Shown here: one piece after another, positions 38,166 through 48,270 of the stretch | Numbering within the stretch: the first letter of the stretch is position 1 | Layout: the number at the start of each line of letters is the position of its first letter | Origin: Acinetobacter phage vB_ApiM_fHyAci03 | Sequence record: NC_049438.1 | DNA length: 64,000 bases | Reading direction: 5' to 3' (one strand) | Made by a program: the position numbers and the translations under genes | Notes under the pieces: generated by a model | The model's database searches: none | Told to the model about the DNA's origin: nothing | The model's input: only the letters and a program-made list of their open reading frames with translations

Positions 38166-40577
38166 TTATAGTTTGCAAGCATCACAATCGGCTTGAGATG
38201 CATCGTCAGCACCAGAACCATCATCAGTGTTGTGATAGTACATATTCTTGTTACCGTAGTAGAAACAGAATAACATATCGTCCATCATTTGTGACATAGG
38301 AACTTTAGCATTTTTATAGCTATTAGGTGCATAATAAGTATTGATAGAAATAGCTTGGTCAGTCCATTTCTGTTCAATAGCCATTTGAGTTAAATAGCCT
38401 TTGTTGCCATGAGTAGCAGCAGATTGCCATGCAAAGTCATAGAATAATTGATTAACTTCATAGTTAGGAACTACTTGGTTAAATGAACCATCTTTTGACT
38501 GTTTGTATGAGACAGGTTTTAATGGCTTCTCAACGCCATTTGTTGAGTTAGATACTTGAGATGACGATTCACAAGGCATTTGAGCTGACAATGTAACGTT
38601 TCGCATGCCGAATTTTTTGAGATCAACTCGTAATGCTTCCCAGTCAAGAACATAAACCGGAGCTACTAGCTCATCAACATTTTTACAGTACCAATCAATA
38701 GGCAATTCACCACGCCCATATCTTGTTTTCCAAAGCTGTGGCGAAGGGCCTTTTTCTTTGGCTAACTCAATTGATGCTTTGATTAGAGCATATTGTAAGC
38801 GTTCAAACAATTCATGCGTAAGTTCATTGCCATCTTCATATGAAGCTGCATTTGAAGCTAACCATGCTGCGTAGTTTGTAACACCGATACCTAGTGAACG
38901 ATATTCTTTTGCCTTAAGTGCATTTTTATGTGGATAGTCTTGATAGTCTAGCAAGTTATCAAGAGCACGTACCATTACCATGCCGATACGATTGATTTCA
39001 TCTTGATTTTTCCAATCAAAATTGTCAAGTACCCATGCACTTAATGTACATAAAGCAATTTCACCAAGATCTTCTTCAACATTAAAAGCATATTCATTTT
39101 CAGTTGGTATGTAATCATCCGAAACACGTTTGAATAGATTTTCAACTGTAGGCAATACAACTCGGTTAGTGCCATAAGTTTCAATAAACTTAATGATGTC
39201 TCCTTTCGCTACTGCCAAACGTTGCTCTTTATATGTTCCTAAAGCAACAGTATGTAGAGCAATTTCTGCACAAAGGTTTGACATCTTAACTGGAGCGATG
39301 CTACGAATCCACGGTCCAAAGTTGTTTATATTGTCTACATGTGAAGGATATAAACGAGCGGTGTTTGCACGTTCAGTCATGAATAAGCCCATGAACAATT
39401 CAGATGCTTTGATACGTTTTTTGCGAACTGATGGATCTTTTTCTAGATTTTCATAAAGTTCGCGGAAAAGTTCTTCATCTCTGAAATATGCATCATATAG
39501 TTTGCCATCTAATATATCCGGGCTAAACAATGTAACATAATCATTAAGCAAATAACGTTCAATCATCAAATTGTTGATTTGAATGCCATAGTCCATGTGG
39601 CGAATACGATTCTCTTCGATACCCTTGTTGTTCTTAAGAACCATAAGGTTTTCGCATTCTAAGTGCCAAATAGGCCAGTATGCGGTAGCAGACCCTTTAC
39701 GAATACCTCCTTGAGAACATGAATGGACCGCTGCATTCTTGAGTTTCCAGAATGGTGTAACGCCGGTATGTTTGACTTCGCCTGGACCGATTTTAGAACC
39801 TTCAGCTCGAATTGCACCACCGCCGATACCAATGCCAGCACGTTTAGAAACATACTTAACAATGGCAGATGTACTTTCAGTAATTGAATCTAAGCTATCA
39901 CCTGTTTCAATCAATACACATGAACTAAATTGGCGTGTAGGAGTACGAACACCTGCAAGGATAGGAGTCGGCAAACTAATTTGTTTGAGTGATGCGGCAT
40001 CATAAAAATCTTTGATGTATTGCAAACGTACAGAAGGCTTTTCTTCTTGGTGCAAACACATCCCGATGAGCATATAAACAAATTGTGGAGTTTCATAGAT
40101 TTTGCCGGATGAACGATCTTTTACAAGATACTTGTCTTTCATCTGCATTGTACCGGCATACGTGAAATTAAAGTCACGATCATGATCAATCATTGCATTT
40201 AATTGTTCATATTCAACTCGAGAATATTTTGACAATAATTCTTGATCGTATACACCAGAATCAATTTTACTTACAACATGTTCATACAAGTGAGGTGGAT
40301 CAAATTGCCCATAAACCTCTTTGCGTAACCCAAACATTGCAAGATTAGAAGCAACATATTGATAATCAGATTCTTCAATTTGAATAGAATCTGCTGCAAC
40401 TTTTACGATAGCCCGTTGGATTTCGGATGTAGTCATCCCGTCTTTAAAGAATGGTTGGCAGCGCTCGTATAATTCATACGGGTTGATTTGAGTACCTTCA
40501 CATGACCATTCCAAAACTTGGATAATTTTGGCTTGATCGAATTCTTGTGCAATACCACTTGATTTGATAACTTTCAT
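38166..40577 (-). CDS. nrdA: Ribonucleotide reductase class Ia alpha subunit
   Basis: 803 aa. N-terminal ATP-cone and a C-terminal Cys pair (CDACKL). Confidence 0.95.
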   Translation of the reverse strand: MKVIKSSGIAQEFDQAKIIQVLEWSCEGTQINPYELYERCQPFFKDGMTTSEIQRAIVKVAADSIQIEESDYQYVASNLAMFGLRKEVYGQFDPPHLYEHVVSKIDSGVYDQELLSKYSRVEYEQLNAMIDHDRDFNFTYAGTMQMKDKYLVKDRSSGKIYETPQFVYMLIGMCLHQEEKPSVRLQYIKDFYDAASLKQISLPTPILAGVRTPTRQFSSCVLIETGDSLDSITESTSAIVKYVSKRAGIGIGGGAIRAEGSKIGPGEVKHTGVTPFWKLKNAAVHSCSQGGIRKGSATAYWPIWHLECENLMVLKNNKGIEENRIRHMDYGIQINNLMIERYLLNDYVTLFSPDILDGKLYDAYFRDEELFRELYENLEKDPSVRKKRIKASELFMGLFMTERANTARLYPSHVDNINNFGPWIRSIAPVKMSNLCAEIALHTVALGTYKEQRLAVAKGDIIKFIETYGTNRVVLPTVENLFKRVSDDYIPTENEYAFNVEEDLGEIALCTLSAWVLDNFDWKNQDEINRIGMVMVRALDNLLDYQDYPHKNALKAKEYRSLGIGVTNYAAWLASNAASYEDGNELTHELFERLQYALIKASIELAKEKGPSPQLWKTRYGRGELPIDWYCKNVDELVAPVYVLDWEALRVDLKKFGMRNVTLSAQMPCESSSQVSNSTNGVEKPLKPVSYKQSKDGSFNQVVPNYEVNQLFYDFAWQSAATHGNKGYLTQMAIEQKWTDQAISINTYYAPNSYKNAKVPMSQMMDDMLFCFYYGNKNMYYHNTDDGSGADDASQADCDACKL

Positions 40578-40903
40578 AAATCCTCTATACTAAATTCATC
40601 TTTAAACAATTTGTTGACTATCGTCGCAATGTAATCACCATGACACGGTTTTGGCTTACAAGTGCATCCTAATCGCTGTCCTCTTAAAACTTCTAAGTGG
40701 TTACGAGTTATTTTACCACTTCGTATTTGATTAGCAAAATATTCTTTGAACAACGGGATTGCTTGATCGCCATACTCTTTTGCTGAGTAGGGATTTCCCC
40801 AGATTGTGCCTCTTGCTATATTAACATCATACTCGGATGAATATTTATTAACAACTCTACAGACTTCGGAGCTTCTCCAAAGTCTGGCTTCATCAGAAAT
40901 CAT
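40574..40903 (-). CDS. DUF4326-like conserved hypothetical protein (nrdA.1 position)
   Basis: 109 aa. GNPY...CTCKPKPCHGD motif. ATGA overlap with the nrdA start. Confidence 0.5.
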   Translation of the reverse strand: MISDEARLWRSSEVCRVVNKYSSEYDVNIARGTIWGNPYSAKEYGDQAIPLFKEYFANQIRSGKITRNHLEVLRGQRLGCTCKPKPCHGDYIATIVNKLFKDEFSIEDL

Positions 40904-41112
40904 TTCATTTTATCTCTGGCTTCAGTGAACTCAATCAAGAAATAAACTGATGCAGCTACGAAAAACCCAACAAGTGCTAAAGTGTTACTTCCGTGAGTTG
41001 CGATGTATACTAATGCAGCTATTGCTCCTGCAATAGGGAGTCCTAAAAACCAGAACTCACTCATTGCAAGAAATAAAGCTTTAAACTGCCATAGGTGCTT
41101 TAATTGCTTCAT
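40900..41112 (-). CDS. Hypothetical small two-TM membrane protein; start uncertain
   Basis: Hydrophobic segments FWFLGLPIAGAIAALVYIA and LALVGFFVAASVYFLI. The track ORF begins with a TTG codon inside td. In-frame ATG codons occur at 41112 and 41064. Confidence 0.35.
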   Translation of the reverse strand: MKQLKHLWQFKALFLAMSEFWFLGLPIAGAIAALVYIATHGSNTLALVGFFVAASVYFLIEFTEARDKMK

Positions 41113-42028
41113 GATGTTTATATCCAATAAGATTAAAGTCTTGAACTGTAGCAGTTTCAAAATCCTTTAATGTTTTAAGATTTGGGTTGATCGTAAGAAT
41201 TGGCAATGGATATTCATCACGAGCTAATTGTTCTTTAACTTGCTCTATATGATTTTTGTAAATGTGAACATCGCCAAATTGCCCTGTCAAATATCGTGGA
41301 GTTTTTCCAAGAATTTGTCCAAGAATACGCAATAGAGTTGCATATGATGCAATATTAAATGGGCAACCCAAGAAGATGTCGAGACTTCTCTGCGTCCAGA
41401 TCATATCAATATAATCACCTGAAATATTGATTTGGAACCCAACATGACAAGGCGGCAAAATGGGTTTATCGATATCATATTCTTCAGTGTCAGATTTAAC
41501 ATCATGTTCCCAAATTAACTGTGGGTTCCATGCATAAACTAACAAACGACGAGAACCAGGATTTGTTTGGGCTTCTTTGATCATTTCAGCGAGCTGATCG
41601 ACTTTAGGCAAGTTATGGCAATATGTGCCACCAAAATCTTGCTCAACATAAACACCATTTAGCCCATAACGACGCCATTGAGTTCCATAAATGAGGCCAC
41701 AATATCCATCTTTATACCCAAGTTGCTTGCCTTGAACATTGTAGTTGTCGTCCCAAATAGTTTTCTTTTCGGTGTTGAATCGATTTTCTTCACCATGTGT
41801 CAATGCACGAAGATCATTGAGATTATCTGAACCGCGAATAAACCAAAGTAATTCTGCGATCATGGCTTTAAATGCAAGCTTTTTAGTTGTAACCGCCGGA
41901 AATCCTTTACGCATGTCAAATTTAATTTGTTCGCCAAACAAAGCTATAGTACCGACGCCTGTTCGTTCATTTGTAACTTCTTCGCCTTCATCAAGGACTT
42001 TTTGCAATAAATCGTGATATGCCTTCAT
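41081..42028 (-). CDS. td: Thymidylate synthase (uninterrupted, no intron)
   Basis: 315 aa. ThyA hallmarks (FIRGSDNLNDL, catalytic Cys context PPCH). Confidence 0.95.
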   Translation of the reverse strand: MKAYHDLLQKVLDEGEEVTNERTGVGTIALFGEQIKFDMRKGFPAVTTKKLAFKAMIAELLWFIRGSDNLNDLRALTHGEENRFNTEKKTIWDDNYNVQGKQLGYKDGYCGLIYGTQWRRYGLNGVYVEQDFGGTYCHNLPKVDQLAEMIKEAQTNPGSRRLLVYAWNPQLIWEHDVKSDTEEYDIDKPILPPCHVGFQINISGDYIDMIWTQRSLDIFLGCPFNIASYATLLRILGQILGKTPRYLTGQFGDVHIYKNHIEQVKEQLARDEYPLPILTINPNLKTLKDFETATVQDFNLIGYKHHEAIKAPMAV

Positions 42029-42068
42029 ATGATCTCCTTCCTAATATGTCAATTATATACTAGAACGC

Positions 42069-42305
42069 TTATAAGCATTCTAGCAGGTCTAAACCATTTA
42101 TAAGTGATGTTTGATTGATCACTGCTTGATCCATCGTAGACATATTAGTTACAATGTACCACGGTGTTGTAGATTTGTATGGATGCTTGCCGACCTTGTG
42201 TGAGATTTTAATTTGATCTCCTCGTCGAACATCTTCGAAAAATTTAGCTTTGGTTTTACGCTTAATTTTAACTACCGTAATAGTTTTGCTTAATTCAAAA
42301 TCCAT
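42069..42305 (-). CDS. Hypothetical protein
   Basis: 78-aa ORF between frd and td. Confidence 0.4.
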   Translation of the reverse strand: MDFELSKTITVVKIKRKTKAKFFEDVRRGDQIKISHKVGKHPYKSTTPWYIVTNMSTMDQAVINQTSLINGLDLLECL

Positions 42306-42841
42306 GGCGTTAGCTCATTGTTAATTAATACATTTTCGGTAATTGAAGTTGTTTCATCAATTCGATACCAATGACGTTCTACTTGTTCGCCATAGTACCA
42401 AATATCGTTGATGAATTCTTCATCCAGTGTTTGTGTTACTTCTGTACCTTGCATACGATCGTATGAAATATCTGTATGAATAATTCGTGAAGCATATGGG
42501 ATAGCCTGTTTAAGCAATGCAACTCCACCAATCACTGAGTAATGTTGCTCGCTATTTTTCCAGAGCTCTAGTTCTTCCTCTAGATTGTCAGGTGACACAT
42601 AATAGTCGGCCAATGATCCATTTTTGCATTTAGGCAAAGGGCGTGTGTTATCACTAACAACAATGTGCTTACGATCTGGCAGTGGAGCACGTAATGATTG
42701 GAACGTCTTTGCTCCCATGACTAACGTAGTGCCTAGTGTTCGTGCTTTAAAATTTTTAAAGTCTTGAGTAATGCGTGGCCATGGCATCCCATCATGAGAA
42801 CCAAATTCATTTCGAGCGTGAGCAAATACTAATTGAATCAT
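42290..42841 (-). CDS. frd: Dihydrofolate reductase
   Basis: 183 aa. MIQLVFAHARNEFGSHDGMPWP...LVMGAKTF DHFR signature. Confidence 0.9.
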   Translation of the reverse strand: MIQLVFAHARNEFGSHDGMPWPRITQDFKNFKARTLGTTLVMGAKTFQSLRAPLPDRKHIVVSDNTRPLPKCKNGSLADYYVSPDNLEEELELWKNSEQHYSVIGGVALLKQAIPYASRIIHTDISYDRMQGTEVTQTLDEEFINDIWYYGEQVERHWYRIDETTSITENVLINNELTPWILN

Positions 42842-42844
42842 TTT

Positions 42845-43156
42845 TTACATATCCACTAAAGTGATGTATCCACGTTTCTCTTCGATATGAGAAAAGAAAC
42901 ACCATACCAAATCGCTAATAGGACAATCTTCGATATGGTAATACTCATTAGTTGCCATATCGACAATAGCTATAACGTCAGCTTTGCCAAAGTTCTCTTC
43001 AACTTCTACAATTTTGAATTTTGCGCCTGGCTTAAAAATTGGCATGCGTTCACAGATTTCTGGGTTGCCTTTAATTTTAGTCCAGGCTTCAGTGACTTCG
43101 TAAATATTTCCGACTTCAATCATTAGAGGAACTTCCGAGATAAGTGTACATGGCAT
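42845..43156 (-). CDS. Hypothetical protein
   Basis: 103-aa ORF. Confidence 0.4.
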   Translation of the reverse strand: MPCTLISEVPLMIEVGNIYEVTEAWTKIKGNPEICERMPIFKPGAKFKIVEVEENFGKADVIAIVDMATNEYYHIEDCPISDLVWCFFSHIEEKRGYITLVDM

Positions 43157-43479
43157 GGAGTCAAATTCGATCCACGTTTCTTTATGATGACTTTAGCATA
43201 CTTTTCACTAAATTCACATGTGGTGTATTCACAAGAATATTTCTTGTTAAAATCATGTCCTTTAATTTTTGGGAACATTTTAATGCACCATAAAACTTTC
43301 AAAGACTTAGGCACTAACTTCAATAAAATAAATTTGCGAATTACGCCATGATTAAGTGCTAATTGGAATTCTTCGAACCATTTAACACAGTCTTCGTACA
43401 ATTCATCTTTAACGGATGGAAGTGCAGTAGGGCGCATTGTCGTGATTGCATCATTAATAGCTTTTTCGTGTTCGTTCAT
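43123..43479 (-). CDS. Hypothetical protein
   Basis: 118-aa ORF. Confidence 0.4.
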   Translation of the reverse strand: MNEHEKAINDAITTMRPTALPSVKDELYEDCVKWFEEFQLALNHGVIRKFILLKLVPKSLKVLWCIKMFPKIKGHDFNKKYSCEYTTCEFSEKYAKVIIKKRGSNLTPCHVHLSRKFL

Positions 43480-43940
43480 GATAATTCCTTCATATTCAAG
43501 TTGATAAAACTATTATAACATGTTTGAAGTTCTTTGTAAACTAAATTGTCAAAATCTTTTAATAAATTTTCGACCTTAAATTTTGCTACAACTTGTATGA
43601 TGTGCAAGGGCTGTTTAGAACGCCGAAGCATCAACTCATGATTTGACACTCTACTAAATGCCCACAAATCATTTAATGATCTATCACATGCTACAACGTC
43701 ATATACTACTAGATAATCATATCTCCCTGGAGCAAACTTAGAATTATTAAACATGCCATCTGCAACACGTTTTAAGAAATCTAAATTATCGGTGAACCAT
43801 TTAAAATTACCGCGCCAAGCGAGTGGAAACTCAGGTGTCACTGCATCAAATTCTTCTTTGCACATTAATCTATACAGACGCACGATGATGCTCCATGAAA
43901 AATTCATATGATAATTTAAGGATACGTTTCCATGTTTCAC
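43476..43940 (-). CDS. Hypothetical protein (start may be the internal Met at about 43907)
   Basis: 154-aa ORF that overlaps the upstream ORF by 70 nt if the first ATG is used. Confidence 0.4.
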   Translation of the reverse strand: MKHGNVSLNYHMNFSWSIIVRLYRLMCKEEFDAVTPEFPLAWRGNFKWFTDNLDFLKRVADGMFNNSKFAPGRYDYLVVYDVVACDRSLNDLWAFSRVSNHELMLRRSKQPLHIIQVVAKFKVENLLKDFDNLVYKELQTCYNSFINLNMKELS

Positions 43941-44429
43941 GCGGTTGGTGAGTTTCTTCCAAGTGATCAGTTACCTTACGAGTATAGTGTCTATATATTT
44001 CATACAAATCAGAATCTTCAGGGTTAAACTGTGATATCTCCATGATAGTCCAAAGAATTGTCAACAAATCTTCAGGACGTTGCCAACGCATATAATATGT
44101 TGTGTCGTTCTTGCCTATCCATGCAATGATTTGATTTGATGGATCAAATCCTACTTGAAACAATGACATTTCAGTTAAGAAAATCATTTTAGTAAGAATC
44201 ATATGTGATTCTACTTTGTAAAAATTTCGATTTGAGTCAAGGCGACTAACAAACCATTCAAGGCCCGCCCAATGAGTATCATTATTAAGCCAATCTAATT
44301 TTACAGGCGCAACACGATCAATTAATGGGTCTTCGCGTAATGCGGCTCGAAGTGCACGCTTGTCTTCGATTTTAATCAATTTTGGTTCAAATAACTTAGC
44401 CATTTCAATATTCTCTTGAGTATAAGTCA
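43870..44429 (-). CDS. Hypothetical protein
   Basis: Track ORF 43870..44472. The MTYTQENIEMAKLF start at 44429 is preferred. Trp-rich. Confidence 0.4.
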
Positions 44430-44510
44430 TATTATAACAAAAATTTTTAATTGTGTAAATAGCGTGCAACAAAAAAGAGAGCCGAAGCTCTCTTAATTTA
44501 TTTGTTTGAA

Positions 44511-45437
44511 TTAAAGGCCATTTAATAAGTCATTTAATTCTGGATCTTCTGCTTTTACTTCAGACTGAACTGGTTCAGGAGCAGCCTGTGAAGTTGTATC
44601 GGTTGCAGCATATTGAGCCATTTGTTTTTCAAAATCGGCAAGTTCATTTGCTACTGCATCAGCATTTTTAGAAGCTTCAGCGGCTGCACCACCAAGAGCT
44701 GCTGTACCCATTACACGATTGAATGATTCTAAGTTCTTTTCAAAACTGTTGAATTTATCTTTTGCAATGATTGAATCAATATCGAACATGTCTTCAATCA
44801 ATTTTGCTTGATAAGCTTCATCATCAATGTTAGGAATAGGCGATTGTTTTTGGAACTTACAGTCATCATAGTTACTGAAGCCTGATACTTTCTTCACTTT
44901 CATAATGAAGTTAGCACCATCGTAAGGACAAGTAACATCAACTGGAATTTCGCCAATATCGGTATCGACTTCAACCATAGAATTGATTTTATCCATGATT
45001 TTTTGTCCGAAACGATATTTGAATACTTTACCTTCATTTTCTGGGTGGGCTGGGTCTTTAATAACTAAGATATTAGACCAGAAAGAAGATTTACGTTTAA
45101 GTTTACCGTACAACGCATTGTCAGTGTTGTACAAATCATTTTCACTGATGTATTTACATACTGGACATTCATCGAATTTGCCATGTGTAGAAGTACAATT
45201 TTCGATGTACCATTTTGAACCGATTTTGAAGCCATGATTAATCAATTTGACAAATGGCATAGATTCAGGAGTTTTACCAGGCAAGAAACGAATTACTGCA
45301 GAACCATTGCCGGCGGTGTCGAGAGTTAATTTCCATTCACGACCATCTGCTTCATTAAAACTAGAACCACCTTTAAGTTCTTGTAATTGAGCAGCTAATT
45401 GAGATGGGTCACGACGAGTAAACATTGCAGTTGACAT
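44511..45437 (-). CDS. 32: Single-stranded DNA-binding protein gp32
   Basis: 308 aa. Near-identity blocks with T4 gp32 (GNGSAVIRFLP, ENEGKVFKYRFG, PVDVTCPYDGANF, acidic C-terminal ...LNDLLNGL). Confidence 0.95.
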   Translation of the reverse strand: MSTAMFTRRDPSQLAAQLQELKGGSSFNEADGREWKLTLDTAGNGSAVIRFLPGKTPESMPFVKLINHGFKIGSKWYIENCTSTHGKFDECPVCKYISENDLYNTDNALYGKLKRKSSFWSNILVIKDPAHPENEGKVFKYRFGQKIMDKINSMVEVDTDIGEIPVDVTCPYDGANFIMKVKKVSGFSNYDDCKFQKQSPIPNIDDEAYQAKLIEDMFDIDSIIAKDKFNSFEKNLESFNRVMGTAALGGAAAEASKNADAVANELADFEKQMAQYAATDTTSQAAPEPVQSEVKAEDPELNDLLNGL

Positions 45438-45566
45438 ATATTTTCCTTAAGATTAACAGTTGGCGATGTACCGTGTTTATTAAACTCTTATAAATTGTAC
45501 ACCTAAAATATAAGAGAGATTAACTTATATCAAATGATTTAAAGCAATTGATATAATTATTTATAC

Positions 45567-46217
45567 TCAAAATTTTGCAGCCTTTATTGCTGATATAAAC
45601 TTCGCCTTACATTCATCTGAAGACACAATGAAAATTTTTCTGTATGCTTTGAGGCGCACAGAATATGATGACCAGATGATGTTGTCATGTTTGTCGTGTT
45701 CCTCAATTATATTGAGGAAGCTATCAAGCATAACAAAGGTTTCAAAAGAAATAATTCCACTTTGAAGGAGTTTAAAAATATATGAAGATTGGATAGATTC
45801 ATTATAAACAAAAATATCATTAAGCGTCTTCACATTTACCTTTTGTGAAAAATAATAAATGTTCTTGACGTCATCTTCATAACGTGTCATAACTGTTCGC
45901 AATCGAGCAAGATACGTTTTGTAAAAATTGACTGCATCGGAATCACTGATTTCTCCAATCCAAGCATCTTGGTTAGCTACTAAGTTACTTATGAAGATCA
46001 GACACAATTCCTTCAAAGTGAATTTTTCAGACAATTTCTCAAAAAAGAACTTGTCTTTCCTCTTGGTGTATGATGCATCAGAAACTTTCATACGCCAATT
46101 GGATTTAATTACACAACGTCTGCCATTAAAATGGTTTTTCAGCTGGAGGTACAAGTTATATACGCTCTTTGCATCAATGCGAATGTTATTGTTTGGAGGC
46201 AACAACAACTTAACCAT
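45567..46217 (-). CDS. 59: Helicase loader gp59
   Basis: 216 aa (T4 gp59 is 217 aa). LKELCLIFISNLVANQDAWIGEISDSDA and SSYIFKLLQSGIISFETFVMLDSFLNII match T4. Confidence 0.9.
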   Translation of the reverse strand: MVKLLLPPNNNIRIDAKSVYNLYLQLKNHFNGRRCVIKSNWRMKVSDASYTKRKDKFFFEKLSEKFTLKELCLIFISNLVANQDAWIGEISDSDAVNFYKTYLARLRTVMTRYEDDVKNIYYFSQKVNVKTLNDIFVYNESIQSSYIFKLLQSGIISFETFVMLDSFLNIIEEHDKHDNIIWSSYSVRLKAYRKIFIVSSDECKAKFISAIKAAKF

Positions 46218-46509
46218 ATAAGAAATCTAATGTAGAGTACGTGTTTTGTTTAGCTATAGAAGGCTTTAACATGTTGTCTTCTAATGCCTCAGTCTTAAGG
46301 CGTTCAATAATAGTTTCAGGAATATACTTAGCAAACTGATTTTCAGGAATGCTTCGCTCTTCCATCCACCATGTTACTGCTTCAAGATATGTTAAACATT
46401 CAGTTCTAACAAGCTCTGCAATTTCATGAGCAGTAGTTTGTTTGTCATAGGCTGCGGCAGATTTCTGTTGAAGAACATCCACTAATTCATTATTTTCTAA
46501 AGACTGCAT
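46210..46509 (-). CDS. 33: Late transcription co-activator gp33
   Basis: 99 aa. ...SIPENQFAKYIPETIIERL...STLDFL matches the T4 gp33 C-terminal half. Confidence 0.8.
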   Translation of the reverse strand: MQSLENNELVDVLQQKSAAAYDKQTTAHEIAELVRTECLTYLEAVTWWMEERSIPENQFAKYIPETIIERLKTEALEDNMLKPSIAKQNTYSTLDFLYG

Positions 46510-46756
46510 CGTACTTCTCTAATAATTCTTCGTTTTCTGATTCAAGTTTTTCGCGTTCATCTTTGTGGAAGATTCGAAGCATTTGATTAAAATCTTTACC
46601 AGATACGCCGAGTTCTTCACATGCTGTTTTACGAATTTCACGAATGGCTTCATTTGCACCTTCGATGATTGCTTTATGATCCGAACACTGTTTAATGCAG
46701 TGTTTTAACTGTTCGCCGTGAATAGCTGCATTAAATTCAACTTTCTCTTTAGCCAT
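46490..46756 (-). CDS. dsbA: Double-stranded DNA-binding protein DsbA
   Basis: 88 aa. MAKEKVEFNAAIHGEQL...ELGVSGKDFN...YDAVFRK parallels T4 DsbA. Confidence 0.8.
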   Translation of the reverse strand: MAKEKVEFNAAIHGEQLKHCIKQCSDHKAIIEGANEAIREIRKTACEELGVSGKDFNQMLRIFHKDEREKLESENEELLEKYDAVFRK

Positions 46757-46814
46757 TTCAATTACCTCTTAAGTATTTGGTATGAGTATATTTTAATATA
46801 AGAAACATAAAGCA

Positions 46815-47045
46815 TTAAACTTTATGTTTCATTTCCATTTCTTGGCGGTGGCGACAGACATCAGGTGCTCTGCCATAAGGCGCGTCTTTAAAATGCTGGT
46901 ACATGTCTTCCATAATAGGAAAATCACGAGACATCCACTGGGTGTACTCATTAAAGTACGCACGATGTATCCACGCTCGTTTTAATTCATCTTCTAGGAC
47001 CCACCAAGCAAAGCCATAGAATAATTTCTTAACAAATTTTTTCAT
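46815..47045 (-). CDS. Hypothetical protein
   Basis: 76-aa ORF. Confidence 0.35.
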   Translation of the reverse strand: MKKFVKKLFYGFAWWVLEDELKRAWIHRAYFNEYTQWMSRDFPIMEDMYQHFKDAPYGRAPDVCRHRQEMEMKHKV

Positions 47046-47052
47046 GTTTATC

Positions 47053-48135
47053 TCAGAACCCGTTAAGGTCCTTTAGCAATTTTGTCAATTGATTTTTGAC
47101 AAGATATGGATAGATTTTGCCGCGAGGAGCAGGTTTGTATTCTTTATAATGATTGATGATAGATTCACGAATATCGTCTCGAATATAATCAAAATCGATT
47201 AAAATACGATTACGTTTGAAACGATGGAATTGCAAATCTGCGATTTGCTTTGCCATTGCCATGGCATCAGTTCTATATTGTTCAAGAATTTCACCATCTT
47301 CATCTTCAATTTGAACACCTTGGAGTTTGAGTAATTTGTGACATTCAGCCACACCTGTTTTTTTATTTTTAGCCTTTTTCATGATTTCTTCGGTTAAAGC
47401 TTCATAAACTTCATCATCTGATTTGCCGACTAATTTTGTAACAAATGCTGCCGTTGTAGATGGAGTGCGTTCGTCTTCTTCATAATTTAACCAGAAGTCG
47501 CCACGAACTTTGATAGATGCTACACAGTCTTTGCGATCGCCTTTGAGAACTTTTGTTAAACAATCTTCTTGTGGCGAGCCAGTTTTGACTTTAACAAATT
47601 TTTTCTGAATAGGAGAATATTGATCTACGTCTTCAAGTTTATGTAACTGTGTAAAGTCGCCATCTGATGAAATGATACGAACTTTATATCCTTGTTTTGA
47701 TAAATAAGATGACAAGACTGCAATACAATCATCGGCCTCACAATGACGAACATCAACTACAACCCAAGGCATGTTGTCTTTAAGTTCTTGAATTACAATA
47801 CCAAGTGCATTGAAATAACCATCCCAGTCAAATGATTCTGCTTCCTTAGCTGCGTCACGTGCTATCGCACGGTTTCGTTTGTAATAATCTTCTTCTTGAC
47901 GACGCCAATAGCCATAACGTGCATTATCAATAGCGATAATAACATGGTCATACCCGTCAGATTTAAATTTCAGTGCATTATGTTTAATTGTCGACAAAAC
48001 TAACTGTCGAACAATTGGAACAGTGAACTTCATACCTGGTTCATATGTAACTGCCACAGTGGCTAAAGCGATTTGTGACAAATCGATAAGTAAAGCACCT
48101 GGCTTATCCTCACCGTAAAAATGGTCTAAACTCAT
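47053..48135 (-). CDS. rnh: RNase H (5'-3' exonuclease / flap endonuclease)
   Basis: Matches T4 Rnh (LIDLSQIAL, GYWRR, IISSDGDFTQLHK, PRGKIYPYLVK). Start placed at MSLDHFYGE (48135) by alignment with the T4 N-terminus. The track ORF starts at 48165. Confidence 0.9.
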   Translation of the reverse strand: MSLDHFYGEDKPGALLIDLSQIALATVAVTYEPGMKFTVPIVRQLVLSTIKHNALKFKSDGYDHVIIAIDNARYGYWRRQEEDYYKRNRAIARDAAKEAESFDWDGYFNALGIVIQELKDNMPWVVVDVRHCEADDCIAVLSSYLSKQGYKVRIISSDGDFTQLHKLEDVDQYSPIQKKFVKVKTGSPQEDCLTKVLKGDRKDCVASIKVRGDFWLNYEEDERTPSTTAAFVTKLVGKSDDEVYEALTEEIMKKAKNKKTGVAECHKLLKLQGVQIEDEDGEILEQYRTDAMAMAKQIADLQFHRFKRNRILIDFDYIRDDIRESIINHYKEYKPAPRGKIYPYLVKNQLTKLLKDLNGF

Positions 48136-48190
48136 ACTACTATCCTTCTGATAAATCAAATACATCTAATACATCTAAAACATTCAAATT

Positions 48191-48270
48191 CAGTCTATTC
48201 CGACCAAAGAAATATAATTAGAGCGGTGAACCGGTAGAACCATTATAACATCAAAATTTTGAGTTGTAAA
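48191..48270 (+). repeat. Copy B of the dispersed ~80-bp intergenic element (identical 36-bp core at 48213-48248)
   Basis: See the copy at 16995-17075. Located in the divergent rnh / gene 34 intergenic region. Confidence 0.7.
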
